DNA of 64,000 nt from Acidimicrobiia bacterium (GTDB taxonomy: Bacteria > Actinomycetota > Acidimicrobiia > Spongiisociales > UBA11373). This document shows, piece after piece, positions 1 through 11,084 of this stretch; the stretch's first letter is position 1, and every line of letters begins with the position of its first letter. The notes under the pieces are model-generated. The model was not told the origin of the DNA. It did not search any database and saw only the letters and a list, made by a program, of their open reading frames with translations. A program made the position numbers and the translations under genes. Location of the stretch: positions 188 to 64,187 of the forward strand of contig JBFELU010000005.1 in assembly GCA_041551965.1 (NCBI GenBank), given 5' to 3'.

Positions 1-928
<928 letters not shown>

Positions 929-1099
929 AGATTTCGGCCCGAGGGCCGGAATCCTCAACTTTCGAGTTTGGTTGGCGGGTGATTGGCCATACCGTTCACC
1001 CGCTTCCGGCATCAGCGCGTTGCCGATGCTTCTTACTCGAGTACGGCCTTCCACCTGGGCTCGACGAATCGGCCCGGGTGAAGGCCCTCACTGGCTTTT

Positions 1100-1205
1100 G
1101 GCACACTGTTCAGTTGTCAAGGAGCCGAACTCGCCCTGGGCGGCGCGCGACGCCGCCCAAGCGGACCCGTGATGGTAGCGGGCTCTGGCACAACCGTCAA
1201 TCTCA
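1100..1205 (-). promoter_or_regulatory. candidate rRNA operon promoter(s) and leader, divergent from tyrS
   Basis: On the minus strand, TTGACG (plus 1195-1200), a 17-nt spacer and TACCAT (plus 1172-1177) make a good -35/-10 pair ~245 nt upstream of the mature 16S 5' end. A second perfect TTGACA (plus 1115-1120) has no clear -10 partner. Confidence 0.4.
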
Positions 1206-1253
1206 CCCACCGGGAGATTGGCGGGAATCGCCGACCCCGCTACCGTCCCCGCG

Positions 1254-2534
1254 ATGAGCGCACCCCTCGACGTCCTCGCCGGCCGCGGGTTCCTCAACGA
1301 CGTGAGCGATGCTCCCGGGCTGGCCCACCTCTTCGCCACCGAGCGAGTGACCTTCTACGTCGGGTTCGACCCCACCGCACCCTCGCTCCACATCGGCCAC
1401 CTCATGGGCATGATGGTGATGGCCTGGCTGCAACGGCTGGGGCACCGCCCCATCGCAGTGGCCGGCGGTGGGACCGGCCGGGTGGGGGATCCCACCGACC
1501 GGGACACCGAGCGAGAACTCCTCGACGCCGACCGGATCGCCCGCAACCTCGTTGGGATCCGGGAGCAGCTGGGCCGGGTCGTCGACCTCGGCTCCCCCGA
1601 GCGAGGGCTGCTCGTCGACAACCACGACTGGCTGGGGACCTTCGGGTTCATCGAGTTCATTCGCGACGTCGGCAAGCATTTCTCGGTCAATGCGATGATC
1701 GCCCGCGAGTCGGTCAAGCGGCGCCTCACGGCTCGGGACCAGGGGATCTCCTTCACCGAGTTCAGTTACCAGCTCCTCCAGGCCTACGACTTCGCCCACC
1801 TCTATGCCGCTGAGGGGTGCCGGCTCCAGGCCGGCGGCTCGGACCAGTGGGGCAACATCACGGCCGGAATCGATCTCACCCGGCGCCTCCACGGCGCCCA
1901 GGTCTTCGGGCTGGTGTGGCCCCTCGTCGAACGTTCGGACGGGCGCAAGTTCTCCAAGTCGACCGGCGAGGCGGTCTGGCTCGACGCCGACATGACCTCC
2001 CCTTACGCCTTCTACCAGTGGTTCCGCAACCTCCCCGACCCCGACGTCGCCGGGTTCCTGCGGTGGTACACCTTCCTCCCCGTCGAACAGATCGACGAGA
2101 TCACCGTCGAGCACCAGCGGGATCCGGCAACCAGGTTGGGCCAGCGCACCTTGGCCGAGGAGGTGACCCGGATCGTGCACGGCGAAGAGGGCCTGGCGGC
2201 AGCCGAACGGGCGACCGCAGTGCTCTTCGGCGACGAACCCTTCGTGGGCCTCGACGATCGGACTCTGGCCGATGCCTTCGAGACGGCCCCTTCCACCACG
2301 CTGGAGGCCCGGCGGCTCGGCGACGGCCTCGGGATCATCCCCTTGCTCGTCGAGATCGGGGCCGCCGGCTCCAACAGCGAGGCCCGCCGGCTGCTTTCCC
2401 AGGGCGGGGTGAGCGTGAACAACCGGCGCATCACCGATCTCGAGCACACCCTCGGACCGGACGACCTCGCCGGCACCACCACCCTGGTGGTCCGAATAGG
2501 CAAGAAGCGCCACTACCTGGCTCGTTTCGCCTGA
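1254..2534 (+). CDS. tyrS: tyrosyl-tRNA synthetase
   Basis: HIGH motif (HIGHLMGM) and KFSKS motif; C-terminal S4-like domain. Start taken at the in-frame ATG giving MSAPLDVLAGRG; an upstream TTG at 1218 is an alternative. Confidence 0.9.
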   Translation: MSAPLDVLAGRGFLNDVSDAPGLAHLFATERVTFYVGFDPTAPSLHIGHLMGMMVMAWLQRLGHRPIAVAGGGTGRVGDPTDRDTERELLDADRIARNLVGIREQLGRVVDLGSPERGLLVDNHDWLGTFGFIEFIRDVGKHFSVNAMIARESVKRRLTARDQGISFTEFSYQLLQAYDFAHLYAAEGCRLQAGGSDQWGNITAGIDLTRRLHGAQVFGLVWPLVERSDGRKFSKSTGEAVWLDADMTSPYAFYQWFRNLPDPDVAGFLRWYTFLPVEQIDEITVEHQRDPATRLGQRTLAEEVTRIVHGEEGLAAAERATAVLFGDEPFVGLDDRTLADAFETAPSTTLEARRLGDGLGIIPLLVEIGAAGSNSEARRLLSQGGVSVNNRRITDLEHTLGPDDLAGTTTLVVRIGKKRHYLARFA

Positions 2535-2554
2535 GCCCTCGCCTTCCCCCGCCC

Positions 2555-2585
2555 TTGTGGACAACTCCACCCGCCTGTGGACAAA
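2555..2585 (+). promoter_or_regulatory. two copies of near-palindromic 10-mer TTGTGGACAA spaced 20 bp, upstream of the PBP gene
   Basis: TTGTGGACAA at 2555-2564 and (C)TGTGGACAA at 2576-2584, lying between the tyrS stop (2532-2534) and an AAGGAG RBS plus ATG at 2642. Each copy is a TTGT-NN-ACAA inverted repeat. Confidence 0.35.
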
Positions 2586-2641
2586 TCCGCGGCGACGGCG
2601 GGCCGAGGCGCTAGCCTCGCCGCCAAGGAGACCACAACAGA

Positions 2642-5050
2642 ATGCCTCGCCTCGCGGCGGGCGCGTTGGTGATCGCGCTGGTTGCCACCGCCTGCTCCGT
2701 TGAGCCCATTGAGGATCCGGGGATTGGAGCGGGCAGCCTCACGAGCACGGTGTACGCCGCCGACGGCACGGCGCTCACCCAATGGCACGCGGGCGAAGAC
2801 CGGGTTCTGGCCTCCTACGAGGATCTCCCCCGCCACCTCCTCGACACCGTGGTCGCCATCGAGGATCAGCGATTCTGGATGCATACCGGCGTCGATTTCC
2901 AGGCGATCGCCCGCGCCGCCCAGGCCAACCTCGAGGCAGGCGAGATCGTGCAGGGTGGATCGACGATCACCCAGCAGTACGTGAAGAACGTCCTGCTGGA
3001 CCCCGAGCTCACCTTCGACCGCAAGCTCGAGGAAGCCGGGCTGGCGATGCGCATCGAGGAAACACTCACCAAGGAGGAGATCCTCGAGCGCTACCTCAAC
3101 ACCGTCTACTTCGGGCGGGGCGCCTACGGCATCGCCGCCGCCGCCGAGCGCTACTTCGCCAAGCAGACCTCCGATCTCACCCTCGCCGAGTCGGCGCTCC
3201 TGGCCGGGCTGATCGTGGCCCCGGCGCGACTCGATCCTTACCTCAACGCCAACGCCTCGCTGGCGCGCCGCCGCACCGTCCTCGAGAAGACCGCCGAGCT
3301 CGGCTGGATCACCACCGCGGAGGCCGAGGCCGCCGACGCCGAACCGCTCCAGTTGGCACCGCCGCCCGAGGTGGGCGAGCGATCCGCCGCACCCTATTTC
3401 ACCGAGGAGGTCAAGCGCCTGCTCCTCTCCGAGCCGGCCCTGGGTGAAGACCAGGCCGAGCGATTCGACACGATCTTCCGAGGTGGTCTCCGCATCTACA
3501 CCACCCTCGACCCCGCGGTCCAACAAGCCGCCGAGGCGGCGGTGGGCTCCGTCCTCCCCACCGATGGGCCCGCGGGGGCGCTCGTCGCCATCGACCCTCG
3601 CAACGGGCACGTGCTCGCCGTCGTGGGTGGGCGGGACTACTACGACCCCGACGACCCGATCGCCAAGTTCAACCTCGCCACCCAAGGCCGGCGCCAGCCC
3701 GGTTCCGCCTTCAAGCCCTTCACGCTCGCCGCCGGCTTGGAAGCGGGCCTCCGCCTCGACGACGTCTTCTCCGGGGGCCACGTCACCTGGGTGCCTACCC
3801 CCACCGGCACCTGGACCGTCACCAATATCGATGGATTCAACTTCCCCGAGCTCAGCCTCCGGGAGGCGACCGTGTTCTCGGTGAACACCGTGTACGCCGA
3901 GCTGATGAACGTCATCGGCCCCCGTCAGGTGACCCGGCTGATCGAGGACGCCGGCATCGAGGGTCTCGAGCCGGTGCACAGCCTGGCGCTCGGGACGGAG
4001 GAGGTCACGGTCATGGAGATGGCCTCGGCCTACGGCACTTTTGCCACCGGCGGGATCCACGTCGAACCGGTCCTCGTCACCCGGATCGAGGACGCCGACG
4101 GCCGCGTGCTCTACGAACAGGTGCCCTCGGTCACCAACGTCGTCGATGCGGCGATCGCCAACCTCGTGACGGAGACACTGACCGAAGCGGTGCGGCGCGG
4201 CACCGGCCAGCAGGCCAAGATCGGCCGACCGATCGCCGGGAAGACGGGCACCACCGAGGGAAACCACGACGCCTGGTTCGTCGGCTACACCCCGGAGCTG
4301 GTGGCCGCGGTGTGGGTCGGCTTCCCCGAGGGCAATCGGACCCTCCGGGCCCCCAACACCCCGTTCACCATCACCGGCGGGACCTGGCCGGCCCAGATCT
4401 GGGCTCGCTTCGCCGTGGGCGCTCTCTCCGGTGTGCCCTACGGTGGTCTGGCCACCACCGCCGCATCAAACGAGTCGGTCGTGGTGGAGGTGGATCTCGC
4501 CACCGGCTTTCTCGCCGGACCACTGTGCCCCCGGAGCCACGTCGCCGACCTCCACCTCGATCCCGAGGCGGTCCCAACCGTCGTGTGCCCGATTCACAAT
4601 CCCGGCGGGCTGGACACCCTTCGGGCGGGCATCGTTCCCGATGTCGCCGGGACGGCGTTTCAGGAGGCGGTGGCTCTGCTCGAGGCCGCCGGGTACGACG
4701 TGACGCTGTCGTGGGCCGCCTCGGCCGACACTCCGTCGGGTGTGGTGCTCCTCCAGGTTCCCTCCGGCGACTCGGAGGCGGCTCCGGGATCGATCGTCTC
4801 GCTCACGGTCTCGGGCCCGGAACCGGGGGCGGCGGTGCCGTCGATCCTCGGCCTGAGCGAGGCCGAGGCCCGCCTCGGCTTGGATCGCATCGGACTGGAT
4901 GCAGTCTTCATCATGGAGGCCGAGTCGGATCCCGAGGATGCCATCCGTCGGGCGGGCATCGTCTGGGCACAACTCCCGGCACCCGGGGCCGACATCGACG
5001 GTCCCGTGACGGCCTGGGTCAACCCGCCTCCCGACACCTTCACCCCCTAG
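2642..5050 (+). CDS. ponA: class A penicillin-binding protein (transglycosylase/transpeptidase) with two C-terminal PASTA domains
   Basis: GT51 motifs (EDQRFWMHTGVD, GGSTITQQYVKN), a transpeptidase domain, and two PASTA-like repeats at the C-terminus. AAGGAG RBS 8 nt upstream of the ATG. Confidence 0.85.
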   Translation: MPRLAAGALVIALVATACSVEPIEDPGIGAGSLTSTVYAADGTALTQWHAGEDRVLASYEDLPRHLLDTVVAIEDQRFWMHTGVDFQAIARAAQANLEAGEIVQGGSTITQQYVKNVLLDPELTFDRKLEEAGLAMRIEETLTKEEILERYLNTVYFGRGAYGIAAAAERYFAKQTSDLTLAESALLAGLIVAPARLDPYLNANASLARRRTVLEKTAELGWITTAEAEAADAEPLQLAPPPEVGERSAAPYFTEEVKRLLLSEPALGEDQAERFDTIFRGGLRIYTTLDPAVQQAAEAAVGSVLPTDGPAGALVAIDPRNGHVLAVVGGRDYYDPDDPIAKFNLATQGRRQPGSAFKPFTLAAGLEAGLRLDDVFSGGHVTWVPTPTGTWTVTNIDGFNFPELSLREATVFSVNTVYAELMNVIGPRQVTRLIEDAGIEGLEPVHSLALGTEEVTVMEMASAYGTFATGGIHVEPVLVTRIEDADGRVLYEQVPSVTNVVDAAIANLVTETLTEAVRRGTGQQAKIGRPIAGKTGTTEGNHDAWFVGYTPELVAAVWVGFPEGNRTLRAPNTPFTITGGTWPAQIWARFAVGALSGVPYGGLATTAASNESVVVEVDLATGFLAGPLCPRSHVADLHLDPEAVPTVVCPIHNPGGLDTLRAGIVPDVAGTAFQEAVALLEAAGYDVTLSWAASADTPSGVVLLQVPSGDSEAAPGSIVSLTVSGPEPGAAVPSILGLSEAEARLGLDRIGLDAVFIMEAESDPEDAIRRAGIVWAQLPAPGADIDGPVTAWVNPPPDTFTP

Positions 5051-5589
5051 CCGACGAGCACGAACCGCCAGGGCTGCTCCGTAGCCCGGCTGATCCCGAT
5101 CCGCGGCCCCACCTCGATGGCGATGACGGCCGGCGGCTCTCCGAGAATCCGAACCGGACCGTCGAAGACCGACGTCCCATCGTGGGCACCGGTGACACCC
5201 AGGGCCTGGGCGAGCTTGCCGGGACCATCGGCGAGGTGATCGGTCCTCCCCCGGCGGCCGGCCATCACCGACTCGCCGACGACCGGGCGGCCACCCCGCA
5301 CCAGGACGGCCGACGCCGAACCCGCCGGGCCGGTGACCACGTTCAAGCACCAGTGGATGCCGTAGGAGCGGTAGACGTAGAGGGTCCCCGGCGGACCGTA
5401 CATGGCGGTGTTGCGGGGAGAGGGCCCGCCGGCGGCATGGCTGGCCGGGTCGTCGTGTCCCCCATAGGCTTCGACCTCAGTGATGATCACCTCGGTCGGG
5501 TCTCCACCGATCTCGGTTCTGAGGCGCCGACCCAGGAGACCGCGGGCCGCCGCCTCCACCCGACCCTCGAGCAACCGCTCGAGGGTCAC
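5047..5589 (-). CDS. mpg: DNA-3-methyladenine glycosylase (Mpg/AAG family)
   Basis: TEVEAYGGHDDPASHA and GTLYVYRSYGIHWCLNVV signatures. Convergent 4-nt overlap with the PBP gene. Confidence 0.8.
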   Translation of the reverse strand: MTLERLLEGRVEAAARGLLGRRLRTEIGGDPTEVIITEVEAYGGHDDPASHAAGGPSPRNTAMYGPPGTLYVYRSYGIHWCLNVVTGPAGSASAVLVRGGRPVVGESVMAGRRGRTDHLADGPGKLAQALGVTGAHDGTSVFDGPVRILGEPPAVIAIEVGPRIGISRATEQPWRFVLVG

Positions 5590-6485
5590 GTCAGATGCAG
5601 CAGGAGCGCCTTGAAGGCGTGCATCCGGTTCTCGGCCTGATCGAAGACCCGGCTCCGCGCGTGATCTACCACCTCATCGGTGACTTCCTCCCCCCGATGG
5701 GCGGGCAGGCAGTGCAGGAAGACGGCGTCGTCGGCCGCCAGCCCGAACAGGCGCCCGTCGACCCGATACGGATCGAAGAGCCGGCGCCGCTCGGCAGCCT
5801 CCTCCTCCTGACCCATCGAGGCCCAAACATCGGTGTAGACGGCGTCGACGCCGCGCACGGCCTCCTCGACGTCGTCGGTGACGACGATCTCCACACCGTC
5901 GGCCGCCAGGTCGCGGGCCCGGGCCACCATCTCGGCCGCCGGTTCGTATCCGGGAGGCGACGCGACCCGCGCCGAGACCCCCATCATCGCGCCGGCGATC
6001 ATCAGGGAGTGACAGACGTTGTTGCCGTCCCCCACGTAGGTCACCACAGCACCGTCGAGCGGTCGATGCTCGGCCAGGGTCTGGAGATCGGCCAGTGCCT
6101 GGCACGGGTGCTCCCGATCCGAGAGCAGATTGATGACCGGGGCATCGGCGTGGTCGGCGACCGCCACCAGATTGGCGTGATCGAAGACCCGGAATGCCAG
6201 GACGTCCAGATAGCGGTCGAGGACTCGAGCCACGTCCTCGACGGCCTCACGCGTGCCGAGCCCCACCTCGTCCTGCTTCAACACCAGGGGCACCATCCCC
6301 AGATCGGCAGCGGCAACCTCGCAGGAGACCCTGGTCCGGGTCGATGGCTTCTCGAAGAAGAGGCCGACCCGGAGCCCGGAGCGGGATCCGGCCACCGCCT
6401 CACGCTCGCTCTTGACCCGGGCCGCCGACGCCAGCACCTCCGAGAGACCGTCGCGCCCCAGGTCGGCAACGTTCACGAAGTCCAT
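5586..6485 (-). CDS. argF: ornithine carbamoyltransferase
   Basis: STRTR carbamoyl-phosphate motif, HCLP motif, ~300 aa. Start set at MDFVNVADLGRDG (ATG 6483-6485); the longer track ORF N-terminus is not OTCase-like. Confidence 0.85.
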   Translation of the reverse strand: MDFVNVADLGRDGLSEVLASAARVKSEREAVAGSRSGLRVGLFFEKPSTRTRVSCEVAAADLGMVPLVLKQDEVGLGTREAVEDVARVLDRYLDVLAFRVFDHANLVAVADHADAPVINLLSDREHPCQALADLQTLAEHRPLDGAVVTYVGDGNNVCHSLMIAGAMMGVSARVASPPGYEPAAEMVARARDLAADGVEIVVTDDVEEAVRGVDAVYTDVWASMGQEEEAAERRRLFDPYRVDGRLFGLAADDAVFLHCLPAHRGEEVTDEVVDHARSRVFDQAENRMHAFKALLLHLT

Positions 6486-6486
6486 G

Positions 6487-8877
6487 TCATCCTCCTCGCA
6501 GACGGCCGCCGAGTCCCTCCCAGACGGCGGCGGCGATTGCCTCCCGGACCGGAGCCACATCGTCATCGGACAGGGTCCGCTCCGGATCCCGCACGGTGAG
6601 CCGCACGGCGAGGCTCTTCCGGCCTTCGGCGAGCGGTGGACCGACAAAGACGTCGAAGAGCACCACTCGTTCCAGCGCCGGTCCGCCGGCATTCTGCACG
6701 ACGCCGATCAGATCGGCGGCCGCCACCTCGTCGTCGACATCGAAGGCGAGATCGAAGACGACCGGCGGGAAGGAACTCGGCGCACGGAAGGTTCGGCGGC
6801 CGGCGGGCTCCACCAGACGCCCGAGATCGAGCTCCCCCGCCGCCACCCGGCCGATCACCTCGAAGCCGGCGGCCACCGCCGGGTGGATCTCCCCCACCAC
6901 TCCGATCACCTCGTCACCGACCGCGATCCGACCGGCCCGGCCGGTGTGGAATGCCGGCTCGACGCTCTGCAGGATGCGGTATGAGATGCCGAGAGCAGCG
7001 GCCAGCGTCTCCCACACACCCACGGCGTCGTGCGCATCGCGTTCCCGACGCCGGCCCTCCCAGACGGGCCCCGGGAGCGCGCCGACGGCCGCAAAGGCCA
7101 GCCGATCGGGCTGGTCGGGGATCGGGCCTTCCGAAGCCAGGAACACCTTGCCGATCTCGAAGAGCCCGACGTCCTCGTTGTTGCGACTCTGGTTGTGCCG
7201 GAGCGCCTTCAACAATCCCGGGAGCAACGACGTGCGGAGGACCCCCTCCTCCTCGTTGAGAGGATTACGGACGGCGACCGGGGACGATCTGCGGTCATCG
7301 GAGGGAAAACGCATCGCCTCGATGTCCCTCGAGCCGAGGAACGAGTAGCTCAGCATCTCGTGGTAGCCGGCGCCCACCATGGCGTTTCGCACCGCACGCC
7401 GGCCGAGTTCCTCGGGCGGCAGGCCACCACCGGGGCCGTGAGGGACTCGCACCGGGATGTTGTCGTAACCGAAGAGCCGGGCCACTTCTTCGACCAGGTC
7501 GGCGGGACGGGTGACGTCGGGCCGAAAAGTGGGCACGTCGACCACGAAGGGATCGTCACCCTCGACGGCGAACCCGAGCCTCCTCAGGATCGCCGCGATC
7601 TCGTCGGCCGGGATGTCGGTGCCCAGAAGCCGGCTCACCTCCCCTCCCGGGAGGGTCACCGTCCACGGCTCGATGGGCTCGGGATAGACATCGACGAACC
7701 CCCCGCACACCGTCCCGCCGGCGAGCTCGGCCATCAGCGCCGCAGCCCGATCGGATGCGCGCGGGGGAAGGGCCGGGTCGACGCCCCGCTCGAAGCGAGC
7801 GACCGCCTCGGTGCGCAGGCCGTGACGCTTGCCGGTCAGCAGGACACCCGAAGCCGAGAAGTGGGCGACCTCCAACAGGATCCGGGACGTGTCGTCGGCG
7901 ACCTCCGAGTCCTCCCCACCCATCACCCCGGCCAGGGCGAGACCCTCGGTGGGCCCGGCCACCAGCAGATCGTCGGGATCGAGGGCGCGATCGACCGAAT
8001 CCAGAGTCGTCAGCCGCTCCCCCGGCTCGGCCCGGCGGATCACCAGGGTCTCGTCGGGGATGCGGTCCAGATCGAAGGCGTGGAGGGGTTGCCCCAGCTC
8101 GAGCATGACGTAGTTGGTGATGTCCACCACGTTGCTGATCGGCCGCACCCCGGCATCCCGCAGGCGCAGCCGCATCCAGAGCGGCGAGGGCGCGGGCCGC
8201 ACGTCGCGGATCTCCCGGGCGGTGAAGCGCGGGCACAGGTCCGGATCCCGCACGGTGACCGTCGCCCCGGTGTCTGGTCCCGCCACCCGCAGCTCCACCT
8301 CGGGGGTCCGTAGCGGCAGGTCGAAGAAGGCGGCCAGATCGCGGGCAACCCCGAACACCGACATCGCATCGGGCCGGTTGGGGGTGATGGCCAGGTCGTA
8401 GATCACATCGGGGTAGGGCAAGGTGCCGCCGAACGGCGTCCCCAACGGGGCATGGTCGTCGGCCAGGACCAGGATGCCGCCGGCCTCCTCACCGATCCCC
8501 AGCTCGGCTTCCGAGCAGATCATCCCCGGGGAGGACACTCCCCTGATCTCCCGCTCCCCCACCTCGAGACCGCCGGCGAGAACCGTACCCGGCAGGGCCA
8601 GAGGCACGACGGCACCGGCCTCGAAGTTCCAGGCTCCGCAGACGACCTCGTGGGGGCCGCTGCCGGTGTCGAGGCGGGCCACCCGCAACTTGTCGGCATT
8701 GGGATGCCGGTCCACCTCGAGGACCCGGGCCACGATCACCCGGTCGTTGAAGGCCACGTCGACCTCATCGACGGACTCCACCTCGAGCCCGATCCCGGTC
8801 ATCACCCCGGCCAACTCGGCCGCGGTGAGCTCGGGGAGATCGACGAATTCCGAGAGCCAGCGCCGCGACACTCTCAT
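6487..8877 (-). CDS. pheT: phenylalanyl-tRNA synthetase beta subunit
   Basis: MRVSRRWLSEFVDLPELTAAELAG N-terminus and B3/4 and B5 domains. ATG at 8875-8877 overlaps the pheS stop (ATGA coupling). Confidence 0.9.
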   Translation of the reverse strand: MRVSRRWLSEFVDLPELTAAELAGVMTGIGLEVESVDEVDVAFNDRVIVARVLEVDRHPNADKLRVARLDTGSGPHEVVCGAWNFEAGAVVPLALPGTVLAGGLEVGEREIRGVSSPGMICSEAELGIGEEAGGILVLADDHAPLGTPFGGTLPYPDVIYDLAITPNRPDAMSVFGVARDLAAFFDLPLRTPEVELRVAGPDTGATVTVRDPDLCPRFTAREIRDVRPAPSPLWMRLRLRDAGVRPISNVVDITNYVMLELGQPLHAFDLDRIPDETLVIRRAEPGERLTTLDSVDRALDPDDLLVAGPTEGLALAGVMGGEDSEVADDTSRILLEVAHFSASGVLLTGKRHGLRTEAVARFERGVDPALPPRASDRAAALMAELAGGTVCGGFVDVYPEPIEPWTVTLPGGEVSRLLGTDIPADEIAAILRRLGFAVEGDDPFVVDVPTFRPDVTRPADLVEEVARLFGYDNIPVRVPHGPGGGLPPEELGRRAVRNAMVGAGYHEMLSYSFLGSRDIEAMRFPSDDRRSSPVAVRNPLNEEEGVLRTSLLPGLLKALRHNQSRNNEDVGLFEIGKVFLASEGPIPDQPDRLAFAAVGALPGPVWEGRRRERDAHDAVGVWETLAAALGISYRILQSVEPAFHTGRAGRIAVGDEVIGVVGEIHPAVAAGFEVIGRVAAGELDLGRLVEPAGRRTFRAPSSFPPVVFDLAFDVDDEVAAADLIGVVQNAGGPALERVVLFDVFVGPPLAEGRKSLAVRLTVRDPERTLSDDDVAPVREAIAAAVWEGLGGRLRGG

Positions 8878-9917
8878 CGGTACTGCTCCAGGACTCTGAG
8901 GTCCGGATCGAAGAAGTACCGCAGCTCGGGCACCCCGTAGCGGATCATCGCCAACCGGTCGATACCGACCCCGAACGCGAATCCGGTCACCTCGGTGGGG
9001 TCGTACCCGACGGCTTCGAACACGTTGGGATCGACCACCCCGCAGCCGAGCAGCTCGATCCATCCGGTCCGCGAGCACACCCGACATCCGGATCCCTCGC
9101 AGGCGAAGCAGTCGACCAGCATCTCGCCCGACGGCTCGGTGAACGGGAAGAAATGTGGCTGGAAGCGCACCGTGCGGTCTGCCCCGAAGAACTCCCTGGC
9201 GAAGTAGGCGAGCGTCCCCTTGAGATCGGCGAACGTGATGCCGTGATCGACCGTGAGACCCTCCATCTGGTGAAAGACGGGGGTGTGAGTGGCATCGGTG
9301 GTGTCGCGCCGGAACACCCGACCCGGCACCACGATGTAGACGGGCGGGTCGTGCTGCTCCATGTATCGAGCCTGAACCGGCGAGGTCTGGGTCCTCAGCA
9401 AGACGCCCTCGGGATCATCACCGTGAGCCACGTACAACGTGTCGCTCTCCAGGCGGGAGGGGTGGGTCTCGGGGGTGTTGAGCGCGTCGAAGTTGTAGAA
9501 GGCCGTCTCGGCTTCCGGTCCGGAGGCCACGGTGTAGCCGAGCGCCACGAAGATGTCGACGATCTCGTCACACACCTGCATGACGAGGTGAGAGGTGCCC
9601 CGGGCCGGAGCCCGGCCGGGCAGCGTGATGTCGAGCACCTCGGCGCGCAGCCGGGCCTCCTCGGCGGCAGCGCCCAAGTCGGCGCGGCGTGCCGCGATGG
9701 CCGCGCCCAACGAGGTCGCGATCTCGTTGATGACCCGCCCCAGCTCGCGGCGATCGTCCTCCGCCACCTCTCTGAGCCCGCGGCGAGCCTCGGCGATCGC
9801 CGACGAAGGGCCGAGGAACTCGGTCTCGAGTGCGTCGAGGGCCTCCAGGTCGGTGACGTCGGCCAGACGCACGGCGGCCTCCGCCTCGACGTCTCGGAGC
9901 CGCTCTCTCGTGCTCAT
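8874..9917 (-). CDS. pheS: phenylalanyl-tRNA synthetase alpha subunit
   Basis: Class II aaRS motifs; full length ~347 aa; operon with pheT. Confidence 0.9.
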   Translation of the reverse strand: MSTRERLRDVEAEAAVRLADVTDLEALDALETEFLGPSSAIAEARRGLREVAEDDRRELGRVINEIATSLGAAIAARRADLGAAAEEARLRAEVLDITLPGRAPARGTSHLVMQVCDEIVDIFVALGYTVASGPEAETAFYNFDALNTPETHPSRLESDTLYVAHGDDPEGVLLRTQTSPVQARYMEQHDPPVYIVVPGRVFRRDTTDATHTPVFHQMEGLTVDHGITFADLKGTLAYFAREFFGADRTVRFQPHFFPFTEPSGEMLVDCFACEGSGCRVCSRTGWIELLGCGVVDPNVFEAVGYDPTEVTGFAFGVGIDRLAMIRYGVPELRYFFDPDLRVLEQYR

Positions 9918-9928
9918 GGCGGGGCAGG

Positions 9929-10756
9929 TTAGTCCCGGGCCGGGAAGGGACCGTCGCCCCGCGAGCGACTCGCCATCGTCATCTCGTAGGCCACGATCGC
10001 TCCGGCAACCGAGGCATTGTGGCTCTCCGTTCCGCCGGGCATGGCGATCGTGACGCGCCGGTCGGCGGCCTCGACCAGCCAGCCGGGCAATCCCTCGGCC
10101 TCGGACCCCACCAGGAGCGCTGCATCGGCCGGGAAATCGACCTCGGATGGGTTGTCGCCCCCGGCGACGACGGTGGCCACCAGATGGCGCTCCAGCGCCC
10201 TCAGGTCATCGTGGGCCGCCACCCGCCCCACCGTGGTGTGGAAATGGGCGCCCGCCCCGGCCCGAAGCACCTTTGGCGACCATGGGTCGGCTGTCTCCGG
10301 TCCGGCGACGAATCCCATCCCGAAGGCGGCGGCGGTTCTGACCAAGGTGCCCACATTGCCCGGATCGGCGATACCCCAGGCCACGACGAGGTGACCCCGA
10401 TCCGGTACGCGGGGAGGGGGTATCGGGACCACCGCCACCGGACTCTGCGGCTGCGGGGTGGTGGCCAACCGATGCAGGATCTCCTCGGCAACGAGCACCG
10501 GCTCCAATTGGAGCGCAGCGGCGCGGTCTCGGGTCGCCCCGTCCCCCGAGAGGCAGAACACCCGCTCCAGGGGAGAGCCCGCCGCCACCGCTTCCTCGAA
10601 GAGGTGAGGACCCTCGATGAGCGTGAGCCCGGTGGCGAGGCGGTGCCGGGAGCGGTGCAGCCGGATCGCGTCCGCCACCCGTCGATTGCGGGTGCTGCGG
10701 ACGACGCCGCCCGGATCAGCCGTCGACCGCCTCCGAAGCCGTCTTGACGATCTCAC
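9929..10756 (-). CDS. TrmH/SpoU-family RNA 2'-O-methyltransferase
   Basis: SPOUT motifs ([22 protein letters not shown]; [10 protein letters not shown]). The start is uncertain because the ORF as listed overlaps the rplT 3' end by ~40 nt. Confidence 0.7.
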   Translation of the reverse strand: MRSSRRLRRRSTADPGGVVRSTRNRRVADAIRLHRSRHRLATGLTLIEGPHLFEEAVAAGSPLERVFCLSGDGATRDRAAALQLEPVLVAEEILHRLATTPQPQSPVAVVPIPPPRVPDRGHLVVAWGIADPGNVGTLVRTAAAFGMGFVAGPETADPWSPKVLRAGAGAHFHTTVGRVAAHDDLRALERHLVATVVAGGDNPSEVDFPADAALLVGSEAEGLPGWLVEAADRRVTIAMPGGTESHNASVAGAIVAYEMTMASRSRGDGPFPARD

Positions 10757-11075
10757 CGAACGCCTCGGGGTCTCTCACGGCGAGATCGGCCAGCATCTTT
10801 CGGTCGACGTCGACCTCGGCGGCCTTGAGCCCGGCCATCAGCCGGGAGTACGTCGTCCCGTGCTGACGGGCCGCCGCATTGATCCGGGTGATCCACAACC
10901 GCCGGAACTCGCCCTTGCGGGCCCGCCGGTCCCGGTAGGCGTCCTGCATCGCATGCATCACCTGCTCGTTGGCGGTGCGGTACCGGCGACCGCGGGCTCC
11001 CTTGTAGCCGGAGGCGCGCTCGAGGACCTTGCGGCGCTTCTTCTTGGCGTGCACCGAGCGTTTCACGCGAGCCAT
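10716..11075 (-). CDS. rplT: 50S ribosomal protein L20
   Basis: [18 protein letters not shown]... canonical L20 sequence, 119 aa. Confidence 0.95.
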   Translation of the reverse strand: MARVKRSVHAKKKRRKVLERASGYKGARGRRYRTANEQVMHAMQDAYRDRRARKGEFRRLWITRINAAARQHGTTYSRLMAGLKAAEVDVDRKMLADLAVRDPEAFGEIVKTASEAVDG

Positions 11076-11084
11076 GAGGTCCTC

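Noticed and set aside
1107-1120. Second rRNA promoter at the perfect TTGACA
   Set aside because: No acceptable -10 hexamer 16-19 nt downstream on the minus strand, so it is kept only as a low-confidence note inside the promoter feature.
1203-2570. 455-aa ORF antisense to tyrS (and similar long antisense/alternate-frame ORFs throughout, e.g. 2513-4267, 4312-5640, 7030-8313, 15652-17001, 18623-19855, 21003-22610, 26482-27975, 37881-39026, 39116-40582, 40228-41733, 46018-48063, 49801-51885, 56949-58256)
   Set aside because: They give Arg/Pro/Gly/Ala-rich low-complexity translations with no recognisable domains. Each overlaps a well-supported gene with clear motifs on the other strand or frame. 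This is the typical stop-codon depletion of ~70% GC DNA, not real genes.
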